A stretch of DNA of 64,000 nucleotides from Patescibacteria group bacterium. GTDB lineage: Bacteria; Patescibacteriota; Minisyncoccia; Phycocordibacterales; Zambryskibacteraceae. Of this stretch, positions 28,901-38,614 are shown piece after piece. Where the stretch lies: NCBI GenBank assembly GCA_038061835.1, contig JBBTYJ010000015.1, positions 3,907-67,906 on the forward strand. Reading direction: 5' to 3'. The notes beneath the pieces were generated by a model. The model was not told where the DNA came from. It saw only the letters and a list, made by a program, of their open reading frames with translations, and made no database searches. Made by a program: the position numbers and the translations under genes. Each line of letters starts with the position of its first letter. The first letter of the stretch is position 1.

Positions 28901-28917
28901 CGTGCCCACGTATCCGA

Positions 28918-28980
28918 CTAATTCGGACGTGGTCGCGGAAGATGCGGCGGTCTTTCCGGCGGTTTTTTATCGTTCCCCAT
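28918..28980 (-). CDS. Candidate proline-rich leader peptide (20 aa) with consensus SD
   Basis: AAGGAGGTG SD then AGGAAA then ATG; translation MGNDKKPPERPPHLPRPRPN; stop lies within a 10-bp hairpin. Confidence 0.4.
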   Translation of the reverse strand: MGNDKKPPERPPHLPRPRPN

Positions 28981-29018
28981 TTTCCTCACCTCCTTTCTAT
29001 ATTAAAGTCTGACCTTAA

Positions 29019-29046
29019 TATAATACAAGTAACACTCTAGTGTCAA
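29019..29046 (-). promoter_or_regulatory. Sigma70-like promoter TTGACA-N17-TTATAT driving leader peptide and prolyl oligopeptidase
   Basis: Hexamers read on the minus strand; spacer 17. Confidence 0.45.
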
Positions 29047-29080
29047 TGGCAACCGCAAATTTCCCACACTGCAGTCTTCT

Positions 29081-29132
29081 TATATAAAAAAGAGGGGCAG
29101 TCACCGTATAAAGCATGTGGTGACTACCCCTC
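29081..29132 (-). terminator. Rho-independent terminator for the upstream minus-strand membrane-protein gene
   Basis: Minus strand GAGGGGTAGTCACC-loop-GGTGACTGCCCCTC followed by TTTTTTATAT. Confidence 0.7.
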
Positions 29133-29145
29133 TGGACCCATGGGA

Positions 29146-29595
29146 TCAGACTGGGCGCTTTCTTAGGCGAAAGTTTTTCATCGAAAGCGTTGATCGCGCC
29201 ATCTTTTTAAGACGCGATATAAATGTGCCGAATCTCCAGGGCCAACTCCTGAAATCCCACTGTTTCAAGTCGGTTGCCATTAAGCAACTGATAATGACGA
29301 GGACAAAGAAAGTTACGCGCAAAGTGATTGTCCAGTCAGGAAAATAACTTCGGGAAAGCGCTAGAACTCCAGAAAGGACAAGCAAAACAGAGACATAACC
29401 AATCCCAAGTGTCCAAGTCATGCTTGGCTTATCCTGTTCGTCATCATCTACATCTGGGATACCGGAGGGGTACAAAGCCCTCGATACACAACCGATGTAG
29501 ACAGCGGTCGAACACAACACGAGAAAAAGTATCCCGAAGATTGACCCGATAAAAACCATAATCCACCGCCACGAAATCAGTGCCAAAATTTCCAT
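29146..29595 (-). CDS. Hypothetical membrane protein (4 TM)
   Basis: Hydrophobic helices; start taken at MEILALISW. Confidence 0.45.
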   Translation of the reverse strand: MEILALISWRWIMVFIGSIFGILFLVLCSTAVYIGCVSRALYPSGIPDVDDDEQDKPSMTWTLGIGYVSVLLVLSGVLALSRSYFPDWTITLRVTFFVLVIISCLMATDLKQWDFRSWPWRFGTFISRLKKMARSTLSMKNFRLRKRPV

Positions 29596-29729
29596 TGTTT
29601 TTTGTCTCCTTTCAAACAAGTATTTGCACTAAAAACAACAATAAAACAAGAACATTACCTTTTATTAATTGTACATAAATTATTCCACAAGTCAATGCGT
29701 CAAAATTTATGGTATGGTAATAGCGTTCA

Positions 29730-29800
29730 GGGCCTATAGTTCAGTGGCAGAACGTAGCATTCGCATTGCTGAAACGGCGGTCCGATTCCGCCTAGGTCCA
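29730..29800 (+). tRNA. tRNA-Ala (anticodon CGC)
   Basis: Acceptor GGGCCTA/TAGGTCC with G3:U70, D-stem GTTC/GAAC, anticodon stem TAGCA/TGCTG with loop TTCGCAT, T-stem GGCGG/CCGCC, discriminator A; CCA not encoded. Confidence 0.8.
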
Positions 29801-29843
29801 CTGCTTCGCCGAGGCTTCGCAGTGCACAGCACTAATTGGTAAG

Positions 29844-30239
29844 TTAATAAATGTTATCCTTTGGATACCTTGTGCCTCTTTTTATAAAATTGGTTTCAAC
29901 ATTTTTCAGAGTAAATTTTTCTTTGAAATACTTGGTCAAAAAATCGGTATCCATACCGTTTCGGCAGCTGTAAACATCAACGCTGACAAAACCGCGCAGA
30001 GGAAAGGTATGAATACTGATATGGCTTTCGGCAATAATGACAAAACCCGTCCAACCGCCGGGATCTTTGTTATCATTACTCGGCGCATTGACCACTTGTG
30101 GCTCTACCAAAACTTCCATACCGAGCAAACTTGGAAGAGTATTAAGAATCTCTAATATAAGATTTTTATTATCTAAAAAAATTTTGTTTCCACCATAACC
30201 GTCGATAGTTAAATGTTCTCCAAAGTGCATTGGGGTCAT
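29844..30239 (-). CDS. speH: S-adenosylmethionine decarboxylase proenzyme (bacterial/archaeal SpeH type)
   Basis: GFVIIAESHISIHTFP self-processing region ES|H; 131 aa. Confidence 0.85.
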   Translation of the reverse strand: MTPMHFGEHLTIDGYGGNKIFLDNKNLILEILNTLPSLLGMEVLVEPQVVNAPSNDNKDPGGWTGFVIIAESHISIHTFPLRGFVSVDVYSCRNGMDTDFLTKYFKEKFTLKNVETNFIKRGTRYPKDNIY

Positions 30240-31102
30240 TATAACCCTAATTTCTTTAATTCTTCAACAATTTTATGAGCTTCTTTAGAAAGTTTTTCCG
30301 GTATTTGAACGGAAATACGAATATATAAATCACCGCGACTCTTGGAACCTGCGCCATGCGGCACTCCCTTACCCTTCACTCGCAGAATACTTCCGTGTTT
30401 AGTACCAACTGGTATCTTCAGAGTAATTTCTCCATCGAGGGTATGAATAACTTTTTCTGCACCAAGAAGCGCTTCGGTCAGCTTAACATCCAAATCCATG
30501 ATCAAGTTATATCCTTCTTTGCGAAGATATGGATGCTTTCTGACATGCACTTTGACATAAAGATCTCCCGGCACTCCCCCGTCCAAAGTTTCTCCCATCC
30601 CTGAGAGTCGGATCATTTGGCCGCTATCAATACCGGGCGGGACATTAATAGACACCTCTTTTTGCTTCACGAATTTGGAATTAATTACCACTTTTCTCTC
30701 CGCGCCGAACACCGACTCTTGGAAAGAAAGTTCGATATCCACTGCGATATCCCGTCCGCGTCTCACACGACGACCGCCAAAAATACTTGAGAGAATGTCT
30801 CCCAGATCCTCCGTATCGAAACCGGTATTTTTAAAACCTGAGAAATCAAACCCTAAACCAGACGAATCAAAACCTGCGCTTCCTTGGAATCCGCCAGTGC
30901 CGGTTGCACCAAAAGCGTCATATTGAGCGCGCTTCTTTTTATCGGAGAGCGTAGCATAAGCCTCGCTTGCTTCCTTAAACTTTGCTTCATCACCGCCAGA
31001 CTTGTCTGGATGATGAACATGCGCCAGTTTACGAAAGGCCCTTTTTATTTCCTCCTCGCTCGCATTCTTATTGACTCCTAGAATTTTATAGTAATCTTTC
31101 AT
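30239..31102 (-). CDS. DnaJ-family co-chaperone lacking Cys-rich zinc-finger domain (CbpA-like)
   Basis: J-domain DYYKILGV...HPDK, G/F-rich linker, C-terminal substrate-binding domains; no CxxCxGxG repeats. Confidence 0.8.
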   Translation of the reverse strand: MKDYYKILGVNKNASEEEIKRAFRKLAHVHHPDKSGGDEAKFKEASEAYATLSDKKKRAQYDAFGATGTGGFQGSAGFDSSGLGFDFSGFKNTGFDTEDLGDILSSIFGGRRVRRGRDIAVDIELSFQESVFGAERKVVINSKFVKQKEVSINVPPGIDSGQMIRLSGMGETLDGGVPGDLYVKVHVRKHPYLRKEGYNLIMDLDVKLTEALLGAEKVIHTLDGEITLKIPVGTKHGSILRVKGKGVPHGAGSKSRGDLYIRISVQIPEKLSKEAHKIVEELKKLGL

Positions 31103-31139
31103 TTATTATTATAATGATATTTATTTGATTCTAGCATAC

Positions 31140-31168
31140 TTGACATAGATTATCAAGTATGCTATCAT
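31140..31168 (+). promoter_or_regulatory. Sigma70 promoter TTGACA-N17-TATCAT
   Basis: Consensus -35, 17-nt spacer, near-consensus -10; downstream AAGGAGG SD and GTG start. Confidence 0.5.
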
Positions 31169-31205
31169 GGTGGGTAGAATTAAATCTCTCGACAAGGAGG
31201 AAACC

Positions 31206-31544
31206 GTGGACAAGTTCTTTGCTGGAGGTGTTATGACCTTGATTGTTCTCGTCGTGGTGGGCTACGTCTATGTAATGACCCCACCGTGGGTGAAGAAGGA
31301 TCTGATGGATAATGCCGCTGTGGCGGTCGGGCGTCAGGTCGTAGAGAAGAGTGATTGTGGTCAGATAGTGAGGGTAAGAGTGTACAAGAGACCAACCTTC
31401 AGCACCTTCCCGCCAGATATACTCTTCACCTCGTACAAACATCATGTTGTACTCGAAGATGGACGAAATAGGACATTCGATAGCTATTCTATCTACCGGG
31501 TCGGTTGGACCCACTGCATCTTCTGGACCGAGTACATCAAGTGA
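31206..31544 (+). CDS. Hypothetical small membrane-anchored protein; GC-elevated; inserted antisense between dnaJ and dnaK
   Basis: AAGGAGG 5 nt before GTG; translation VDKFFAGGVMTLIVLVVVGYVYV... The track ORF start at 31167 lies inside the -10 box, so the GTG start is preferred. Confidence 0.45.
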   Translation: MDKFFAGGVMTLIVLVVVGYVYVMTPPWVKKDLMDNAAVAVGRQVVEKSDCGQIVRVRVYKRPTFSTFPPDILFTSYKHHVVLEDGRNRTFDSYSIYRVGWTHCIFWTEYIK

Positions 31545-31603
31545 TGGTCAAGTCCCGCTTCAAACAAGGCCTCGTGCCTGTTTGGACGGGGCTTTTGTTT
31601 TGT

Positions 31604-33499
31604 CTAAACTTTTGGTTCCGTATCGTCTTTCTTCTCTTCTTTGACTTCCGCATCTTTGACCTCGGGTTCGCCAGATTTTTGACCGGAAGAATCAGCGGGA
31701 GGATTCTTACTCATATACTCACCAATCCTCTGCATTTCCGACGAAAGAGCCCCAGTGGCGGATTTGATAGAGTCCAAAGCGCCGGAATCTTTCTCCTTCT
31801 TTAAAGCAGTTATTTTATCATTGACCGCAATCTTAATATCTTCCGGAACACCGGCGTTATCTTTCAGAGATTTTTCCGCCGTATAAATCAGCTGTTCGGC
31901 AAGATTTTTAGCATCTACCAAATCTTTTTTCTTCTGATCTTCTGTAGCATTAGCTTCTGCATCCCTTTGCATCTTCTCAATCTCATTTTTCGACAAACCG
32001 GAACTTGCTTCTATTCTAATGGACTGCTCCTTGCCAATCGTTTTGTCTTTGGCTTTGACATTTAGAATACCGTTAGCATCTACATCAAAGGTGACTTCTA
32101 TTTGAGGCATACCGCGTGGAGCGGGCGGAATACCGTCAAGAATAAATCGACCGAGAGATTTGTTGTCGGCGGCCATGGCGCGCTCACCTTGCACAATATG
32201 TATTTCGACGGAAGTCTGACTATCAGCCGCGGTTGAGAATATTTGTGATTTTGCGGAAGGAATAGTGGTGTTTTTCTCGATGAGCTTAGTTGCCACCCCA
32301 CCCATCGTTTCAATTCCTAAAGAGAGAGGAATCACATCGAGTAAAAGCACATCTTTGACATCGCCGCGGAGAATTCCTCCTTGGATAGCGGCGCCGAGCG
32401 CCACCACTTCGTCCGGATTTATGGATTTATTCGGTTCTTTCCCAAAAAACTTTTTGACCGCCTCTACGATAGCCGGCATGCGCGTCTGACCTCCAACCAA
32501 AATCACCTCATGTAAATCACCTATTTTGAAAGGAGATGCTCCCATGGCTCGTTTAGTAATATCCATGGCTCGATTGATAAACTCTCCGGACAGTTCTTCA
32601 AGTTTTGCTCTTGAAAGTTTCAGAAGCAAATGTCTTGGACCGGATGCATCGGAAGTGATGAAGGGTATATTAATTTCGGTTTCTGTTGCGGTGGAGAGCT
32701 CAATCTTGGCCTTCTCGGCAGCTTCGTCGAGTCTTTGGAGCGCTAGGGCATCCGTTCTGACATCAATACCGGACTCCTTCTTGAATTCTTCTGCAATATA
32801 ATTGAGAATCTTTTGATCAATATCTTTGCCTCCTAAATGAGAATCGCCATCAGTGGATTTTACTTCGACCACATCATCTCCCACTTCAAGAATGGAAACG
32901 TCAAAGGTGCCGCCCCCAAAGTCAAAGACGGCAATTTTTTCATTCTTCTTTTTGTTAAAACCGTAGGCTAAAGCCGCGGCAGTCGGTTCATTAATGATAC
33001 GCTTAACGTCCAGTCCGGCAATTTGACCTGCATCCTTGGTGGCCTGACGCTGCGAATCGTTAAAATAAGCCGGCACAGTGATAATGGCCTCCGTAATTTT
33101 TTCTCCCAGTTTAGCTTCGGCATCTGTCTTTAATTTTTGAAGAATCATGGCAGAAATTTCCTCCGGACGATAATCCTTATCAGACATTTTCACCAGAACT
33201 CCACCAGTCGAACCGGTCTTCACTTCAAAAGGCACCGTGGCCTTATCTTTCTGTACAGCAGGATCGGAAAAAGTGTGACCGATAAACCGCTTAATGCCAA
33301 AAATTGTATTTTTAGGATTAGTAACTGCCTGACGTTTGGCTAAAAGACCCACCAAGCGATCACTTGTTTTAGAAATAGCAACAATAGAAGGAGTGGTGCG
33401 CGCTCCTTCGGCATTTTCTATAATTCTCGGCTGGCCCGCTTCCATCACCGCTACAGCCGAATTTGTGGTGCCGAGATCAATACCAATTATTTTTGCCAT
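31604..33499 (-). CDS. dnaK: Chaperone DnaK (Hsp70)
   Basis: [22 protein letters not shown], canonical Hsp70 throughout; 631 aa. Confidence 0.95.
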   Translation of the reverse strand: MAKIIGIDLGTTNSAVAVMEAGQPRIIENAEGARTTPSIVAISKTSDRLVGLLAKRQAVTNPKNTIFGIKRFIGHTFSDPAVQKDKATVPFEVKTGSTGGVLVKMSDKDYRPEEISAMILQKLKTDAEAKLGEKITEAIITVPAYFNDSQRQATKDAGQIAGLDVKRIINEPTAAALAYGFNKKKNEKIAVFDFGGGTFDVSILEVGDDVVEVKSTDGDSHLGGKDIDQKILNYIAEEFKKESGIDVRTDALALQRLDEAAEKAKIELSTATETEINIPFITSDASGPRHLLLKLSRAKLEELSGEFINRAMDITKRAMGASPFKIGDLHEVILVGGQTRMPAIVEAVKKFFGKEPNKSINPDEVVALGAAIQGGILRGDVKDVLLLDVIPLSLGIETMGGVATKLIEKNTTIPSAKSQIFSTAADSQTSVEIHIVQGERAMAADNKSLGRFILDGIPPAPRGMPQIEVTFDVDANGILNVKAKDKTIGKEQSIRIEASSGLSKNEIEKMQRDAEANATEDQKKKDLVDAKNLAEQLIYTAEKSLKDNAGVPEDIKIAVNDKITALKKEKDSGALDSIKSATGALSSEMQRIGEYMSKNPPADSSGQKSGEPEVKDAEVKEEKKDDTEPKV

Positions 33500-33511
33500 A
33501 TATTTTGTAAA

Positions 33512-34033
33512 TTAATTTGTAATAAATTCTCCCACTTTTACCTTTGCCGGACGAATCATTTTACCATTCAATCTATATCCCTTCCGTAAAACCTCGAGTA
33601 CTTTATGGTCTTCTTCACGCTTATCCGTCGGAATCATGGTCAGCGCCTCGTGTTCTTGCGGACTGAAGATCTTGTTGATTGGATCAAGTTCCTCTAGACC
33701 ATTAGCCTTAAGCACCGCCGTCAGTTGATTATATAGGGGCTCAAAATCTTTATGACCCTGAACAAGAGCTATATTAAAACTATCGAGCACAGGAATCAAT
33801 TCCTCAATTAAAGATAAGTTAGCAAACTTGATAAATTCAAGTTTAGATTCTTCATCGCGCCTGCGAAGATTGGTAAAATCCGCTTGCGCCCTCTGCCAAC
33901 CATCCAGATATTCTTTAGCCTTAATTTCAGCCTCTTTTAAACGCATTCGAAGCTTTTTCAACACCTCGGATGAAGCTGTTAAATCCGGATCGTCCTCTAT
34001 TACGATATCGTCATTTTCCTCTTTCATATTCAT
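33512..34033 (-). CDS. grpE: Nucleotide exchange factor GrpE
   Basis: Coiled-coil N-terminus then the GrpE core ...WQRAQADFTNLRRR...; 173 aa. Confidence 0.85.
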   Translation of the reverse strand: MNMKEENDDIVIEDDPDLTASSEVLKKLRMRLKEAEIKAKEYLDGWQRAQADFTNLRRRDEESKLEFIKFANLSLIEELIPVLDSFNIALVQGHKDFEPLYNQLTAVLKANGLEELDPINKIFSPQEHEALTMIPTDKREEDHKVLEVLRKGYRLNGKMIRPAKVKVGEFITN

Positions 34034-34041
34034 TAACCCAT

Positions 34042-34440
34042 TTATCTCTTACTCCACTTCGGAGCCTTACGGGCTTTCTTGAGACCGAATTTTCTACGTT
34101 CTTTAGCGCGAGGATCACGCTTGAGAAAACCTTTAATCTTTAACTTTGTACGTAAATTAGGGTCAAAAGAAACGAGCGCTCTGCCTAAACCATGTCGCAG
34201 GGCATCGGCCTGCGAAGCAATGCCTCCTCCATTTAATTTGGCTGATACCGTAAATTTATCTTCCGTATTATCAAAAATAGATAAAACGGTTTTCTGAAGG
34301 ATAGGGGTGGCAAAATATTTTTCTAATTCTTTTTCATTGACGAAAATAGAGATTTTTGAAGCAGGAGTAATACGCACCCTGGCCACAGAAGTTTTCCTTC
34401 TCCCTACCGCCTCTATATACTTGTCAGTTTTTTCTGCCAT
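34042..34440 (-). CDS. rpsI: 30S ribosomal protein S9
   Basis: GRRKTSVARV ... C-terminal KARKAPKWSKR. Confidence 0.9.
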   Translation of the reverse strand: MAEKTDKYIEAVGRRKTSVARVRITPASKISIFVNEKELEKYFATPILQKTVLSIFDNTEDKFTVSAKLNGGGIASQADALRHGLGRALVSFDPNLRTKLKIKGFLKRDPRAKERRKFGLKKARKAPKWSKR

Positions 34441-34443
34441 ATA

Positions 34444-34818
34444 TTAAGGTTTGATTTTCAAGTTCTTCATCATTTGAGCGCGCAATTTATTTTTTGGAAG
34501 CATACCATAGACAGCTCGACGCAACACTTCTTGGGATCCTTTGTTTTTGATCATATAATCCTGAGAGCGTCTCTTAAGATTTCCAGGAAAACCGGAGTGA
34601 GAAGAATACATTTTGTCTCTTAATTTTTTGGCGCTAAATATCATTTGAGAACTGGAAATTACTTCCACTTCAATATCCGGAATACGATTTCTGGCAAAAT
34701 CCGTTCGATTTTTACCCATGAGAAAACCCGCCACCTCCGTAGCCACTCTGCCCGGCACTCTTCCTTTTGCATCTATAACGTGTTTGTTCATTTGTGGTGA
34801 ATTTATCGGACTATACAA
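34444..34818 (-). CDS. rplM: 50S ribosomal protein L13 (start may be at MNKHVID, 34791)
   Basis: Collinear L13 similarity ...DAKGRVPGRVATEVAGFLMGK... Confidence 0.9.
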   Translation of the reverse strand: MYSPINSPQMNKHVIDAKGRVPGRVATEVAGFLMGKNRTDFARNRIPDIEVEVISSSQMIFSAKKLRDKMYSSHSGFPGNLKRRSQDYMIKNKGSQEVLRRAVYGMLPKNKLRAQMMKNLKIKP

Positions 34819-35158
34819 ATTCTATAATAGCCATCGGGCTCGCATCAGTCATTCGCGACCCCAGCTTGGTGATACGCGTATAACCCCCCGATCTATCTTT
34901 ATATGCTACAGAAAATTTTTCCACAATTTTTTTGGCAGCCTCAGGACCAATCCGACTCTCAAGAATACGACGAGAAGCAATGGTTTGCTTTTTCCCCAAA
35001 GTAACAAGCTTCTCCATATAAGGACGAAGTGACTTGGCCTTAGATTCTGTGGTTTCGATTTTACCCCTTAAGGCAAGTGAGTATGCCAATGACTTGAGAA
35101 GAGCATTTCTCTGATTTTTTTCGCGCCCGAATTTTCTATTGGTATTATGATGTCGCAT
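34811..35158 (-). CDS. rplQ: 50S ribosomal protein L17
   Basis: MRHHNTNRKFGR...GYTRI. Confidence 0.9.
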   Translation of the reverse strand: MRHHNTNRKFGREKNQRNALLKSLAYSLALRGKIETTESKAKSLRPYMEKLVTLGKKQTIASRRILESRIGPEAAKKIVEKFSVAYKDRSGGYTRITKLGSRMTDASPMAIIEFV

Positions 35159-35168
35159 AATTTTTTAA

Positions 35169-36149
35169 TTATTTCAACGTGATACCAAATTCTCCCAAGG
35201 CCTTTTTAATTTCTTGGATACCTTTAGCCCCAAGACCGTCAATTTCAAGCAAGTCCTTCTCTTTTTTGCGTGCCAGACCTCCCACTGTACGAATATTAGC
35301 AAGAGAAAGCGCACTTCGTGTACGGGGAGAGACATCTAGAGATTCTATGCGTGTCTTAAGCACTTCCGGATCCACCGCTGATTTAGTAACTGGATTGCGA
35401 GTTTCCCGAGCGTTTTTTTCTTCAATTACCGGCTTATCTTCTTTGAAACCGACAATGGCCTTCAATTGATCTATCATGATTCCAATAGCGGAAGAGAGAG
35501 CGACAGAAGGAGAAATGGTACCGTCAGTTTCGATAAACATCCTTAGCTTATTGAAATCGGTTCTATCTCCCACACGCATATTTTCTACTTCATAACTGGC
35601 CCGACGAATAGGAGTAAAGATACCATCGAGGGCGATGGTGCCGATATCAACGCGAGACTTCTCAATCATTTCTTTAGGCATAAAACCGAGACCTTTTTCA
35701 GCCTTAATTTCCATCTCAAGCGTCGCATTTTTACCGACAATAGTGGTAATAATCTCATCTGGAGTAAGAATTTCTACTTGGCCAGGAATTTCCAAATCAG
35801 AGGCTCGCACTACTTTCTCCCCTGCCTGTGTCGATGAGCCTTTTACCTTAAGATAAAGAGTCTGGGGCTCGTCGGTAGTAAAACGCATTCGAATTTTTTT
35901 AAGATTTAATAGGATGGTAACAACATCCTCCTTCACACCATCCAAGACAGTAAACTCATGATTAACACCAGCAATCTTAACCGAGGTAATAGCCACTCCG
36001 GGCAGAGAAGAAAGAATGATGCGACGAAGACTGTTTCCAAGAGTGTGGCCGTAACCGGGGTAAAGGCCATCGATTTCGAAAACACCATTCTTTCTCTCTT
36101 CGGAGACAATTTTCGGCTGTGATGGTAAAAGTATCATGTAATCAGTCAT
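35169..36149 (-). CDS. rpoA: DNA-directed RNA polymerase subunit alpha
   Basis: N-terminal dimerisation domain (LGNSLRRIILSSLPG) and C-terminal HhH domain; 326 aa. Confidence 0.9.
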   Translation of the reverse strand: MTDYMILLPSQPKIVSEERKNGVFEIDGLYPGYGHTLGNSLRRIILSSLPGVAITSVKIAGVNHEFTVLDGVKEDVVTILLNLKKIRMRFTTDEPQTLYLKVKGSSTQAGEKVVRASDLEIPGQVEILTPDEIITTIVGKNATLEMEIKAEKGLGFMPKEMIEKSRVDIGTIALDGIFTPIRRASYEVENMRVGDRTDFNKLRMFIETDGTISPSVALSSAIGIMIDQLKAIVGFKEDKPVIEEKNARETRNPVTKSAVDPEVLKTRIESLDVSPRTRSALSLANIRTVGGLARKKEKDLLEIDGLGAKGIQEIKKALGEFGITLK

Positions 36150-36181
36150 AAAATATAAAAATTAAGGTTTAAATTATAACA

Positions 36182-36790
36182 CTATCTATTATAGAATTCA
36201 ATTACCGTTCCGAGATCAAAAACATTTTCTCGAACAATATAAATTGACTGTCCTAAGACGGTTGCCTGCTTACGCTCGGCATCAATTTGAAGCCAAGCAG
36301 GTACCACTATCGTTTTCATTCTCTCCTCGACTTCTCCAAAAAGAGGACTTGAGACGGAACTAGGGCGAAGATTTATGACATCTCCCTCCGAAAGAAGCAT
36401 GGAAGGTATGCTAGCACGTTTGTTATTTACCACGATATGACCATGATTTACCGCCTGCCGAGCCTGGGCGCGTGTTTTGGCCAAGCCAGCCCGATACACA
36501 ATATTATCAAGCCGACTCTCAAGAATCCCAAAAAGTTTCTGAATGGGATCCTTGGTACGAAGAGCTTTGTTGACGTAAATTCTAAACTGCGCCTCGCTAA
36601 GACCGTAACTGTAACGGGCCTTTTGTTTTTCGATAAGTTCATGACCAAATTCGCTTTGAGATTTTCTTCGGCCCCTTTTGTCATTTTTTTCTCTGCGAGC
36701 GAGAGAGAGCGCGTATTTTGGGGTCTGGGTTTTTTCAAAGATTGGCGCGCCCAGACGTCTCGCTATTTTGTATTTAGGTCCTATTTTCAT
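36182..36790 (-). CDS. rpsD: 30S ribosomal protein S4
   Basis: MKIGPKYKIARRLG... with S4 RNA-binding domain. Confidence 0.9.
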   Translation of the reverse strand: MKIGPKYKIARRLGAPIFEKTQTPKYALSLARREKNDKRGRRKSQSEFGHELIEKQKARYSYGLSEAQFRIYVNKALRTKDPIQKLFGILESRLDNIVYRAGLAKTRAQARQAVNHGHIVVNNKRASIPSMLLSEGDVINLRPSSVSSPLFGEVEERMKTIVVPAWLQIDAERKQATVLGQSIYIVRENVFDLGTVIEFYNR

Positions 36791-36816
36791 GGTGTTGATA
36801 TTTAAAATTAGAAAAA

Positions 36817-37257
36817 TTATGTGCGCCTAGGTTTGGGTGGTTTAGGACCATTGTGCGGCACAGCTGTTTTGTCTTGGATTGTAATCAAATTTATACCTTT
36901 AGAAATAAATCCCCGAATGGCAGACTCTCGACCAGAACCGACACCACGAACAATCACTTTTACCTCCTTGACACCTAAGGTTTGCGCCTTGAGCGCCAAA
37001 GCTTCCCCTACCTTTGCGGCCGCAAAGGGTGTTCCTTTTTTCGCTCCTTTAAAACCCAAACTTCCGCTTGAAGACCAAGCAAGAGTGTTACTTTTGTTAT
37101 CCGCGAGCATTAGTTTGGTATTGTTGTATGTGGACTCAATATAAAGAATACCGGAATCAATATGTCTTTTACCAGACCTCTGTTCTTTGACAATTTCTGC
37201 TCCGACGGGTTTTTCTTCTACTTTATCCTCGACTGTGGCTATTTTTTTCTTTCCCAT
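36817..37257 (-). CDS. rpsK: 30S ribosomal protein S11
   Basis: ...GSLGFKGAKKGTPFAAAKVGE... conserved S11 core. Confidence 0.9.
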   Translation of the reverse strand: MGKKKIATVEDKVEEKPVGAEIVKEQRSGKRHIDSGILYIESTYNNTKLMLADNKSNTLAWSSSGSLGFKGAKKGTPFAAAKVGEALALKAQTLGVKEVKVIVRGVGSGRESAIRGFISKGINLITIQDKTAVPHNGPKPPKPRRT

Positions 37258-37292
37258 TTTTATATCTACTGTTTATATTTTTACGTTACTAA

Positions 37293-37670
37293 CTATTTTT
37301 TTTCTGCAACCTTGCGTCCTGTACCCATCGTCTTCCTTACACCTCGCTTCGTGCGAGCATTGGACTTGGTACGTTGGCCATGCACAGGAAGGTTACGCAT
37401 GTGACGCAGTCCTCGATAAGATTTTATTTCTTTGAGCCGTTTGATATTTCCGGTTACTTCCCTTTTCAAATCACCTTCTAGAGTCAGACTTTCAATTACT
37501 GAACGAATTCTATTTTCTTCTTCTATGGTGGTTTCTTTGGGCCTCTTTCCAAAAGGTATACCAGCTTTTGTCAGAATAAATCTGGCTCTGGGACGACCAA
37601 TACCAAAAAGTGTCGTAAGACCGATTTCAAGACGCTTTTCCTCTGGGATGGTGATACCGAGTATTCTCAT
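37293..37670 (-). CDS. rpsM: 30S ribosomal protein S13
   Basis: MRILGITIPEEKRLEIGLTTLFGIG. Confidence 0.9.
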   Translation of the reverse strand: MRILGITIPEEKRLEIGLTTLFGIGRPRARFILTKAGIPFGKRPKETTIEEENRIRSVIESLTLEGDLKREVTGNIKRLKEIKSYRGLRHMRNLPVHGQRTKSNARTKRGVRKTMGTGRKVAEKK

Positions 37671-37787
37671 TTAACCTTGTCTTTGTTTATGTCGCGGATT
37701 GGCTTTACAGGTTACGTAAACATAGCCCCTTCTGCGGACTATTTGACATTTTGCGCATAGTTTCCTGACCGATGCCTTAACTTTCAT
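37671..37787 (-). CDS. rpmJ: 50S ribosomal protein L36 (38 aa; not in ORF track)
   Basis: Minus-strand translation [38 protein letters not shown] with zinc ribbon C..C..C..H; its stop abuts the rpsM ATG. Confidence 0.85.
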   Translation of the reverse strand: MKVKASVRKLCAKCQIVRRRGYVYVTCKANPRHKQRQG

Positions 37788-37816
37788 AACAAGCCTGCAT
37801 TCTAACCCGATTGCAT

Positions 37817-38596
37817 TTATTTGTAAACCACTACCGCTCTATTATTCATAAGTTCCCAATCAGAATTAAATTCTTTCGTATTCATATTAATCAGACCGTA
37901 AATAGGGTCAATGAGAATCACTTTTTTGGGATTATCCGGTTTTCCCACAAAACCTATTAACACTCGTGCATGCTCTCCAGGTTGCACTTCAACGGTCTTA
38001 CCTTCAATAGTCTTCCATGATATCAGTTTCTTTCTTGAAAGCAGGCCCCAGACAATAACTGGATTGCCTGACAGTACCTCTTTTAAAGCTTTGGTTAAAT
38101 TAGCATTTTCAATAATAGCCGCTTTTCTATAATTCAAAGCTAAATCAAGAATGGGTTTTTCATAAACACCAAAACCCGTGCGGTCAAAAATAGAACCGTT
38201 AATATCACCGATAAATCCTTTCTCCGGATCACCCCAAATACCATTCGGGGATATTGGATCTCTGGTATCAAATGCTAATTTATGCACCAATTCCTCTTCC
38301 GAGACATATGTGCCGTGATAAGCAAGGGCTGTTCTTAACGCCGCCACTTCGCAGGTTAGACCGTTTTCTTGTTTGTAATACGGCATCGAAAGAGAAAAGG
38401 ATTCATCTTTTTGCGGTAATACCAGCGCCAAGCCGATGCCCATGGAATAGAGAATTGTTTTCACCAAATATTCCAGACGACTTAATTTGTGATAAGAGGA
38501 ATTTTCGCGAGTAAACAAAAAAATAAGAAGTATCAATAAAATACATGACGCAACCGTTCTAAATTTTTTGTGAGATTTCCTCGAGACCATGAGCAA
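37817..38596 (-). CDS. Membrane-anchored papain-like cysteine peptidase, C39-like (Peptidase_C39_2-type)
   Basis: N-terminal TM; [20 protein letters not shown] (Gln/Cys active-site context) and HARVLIGF (His); 259 aa. Confidence 0.55.
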   Translation of the reverse strand: MLMVSRKSHKKFRTVASCILLILLIFLFTRENSSYHKLSRLEYLVKTILYSMGIGLALVLPQKDESFSLSMPYYKQENGLTCEVAALRTALAYHGTYVSEEELVHKLAFDTRDPISPNGIWGDPEKGFIGDINGSIFDRTGFGVYEKPILDLALNYRKAAIIENANLTKALKEVLSGNPVIVWGLLSRKKLISWKTIEGKTVEVQPGEHARVLIGFVGKPDNPKKVILIDPIYGLINMNTKEFNSDWELMNNRAVVVYK

Positions 38597-38614
38597 AAAT
38601 GTTAAGAAGACAAC

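Noticed and set aside
29801-29843. GCTTCGC direct repeat and GTGC-ACA-GCAC hairpin after tRNA-Ala as a second RNA gene
   Set aside because: It is too short and lacks tRNA features; it is probably tRNA 3' trailer/processing sequence.
31131-31514. 127-aa minus-strand ORF between dnaJ and dnaK
   Set aside because: It overlaps the plus-strand ORF, which has a consensus promoter, SD and TM start; the minus ORF has no expression signals.
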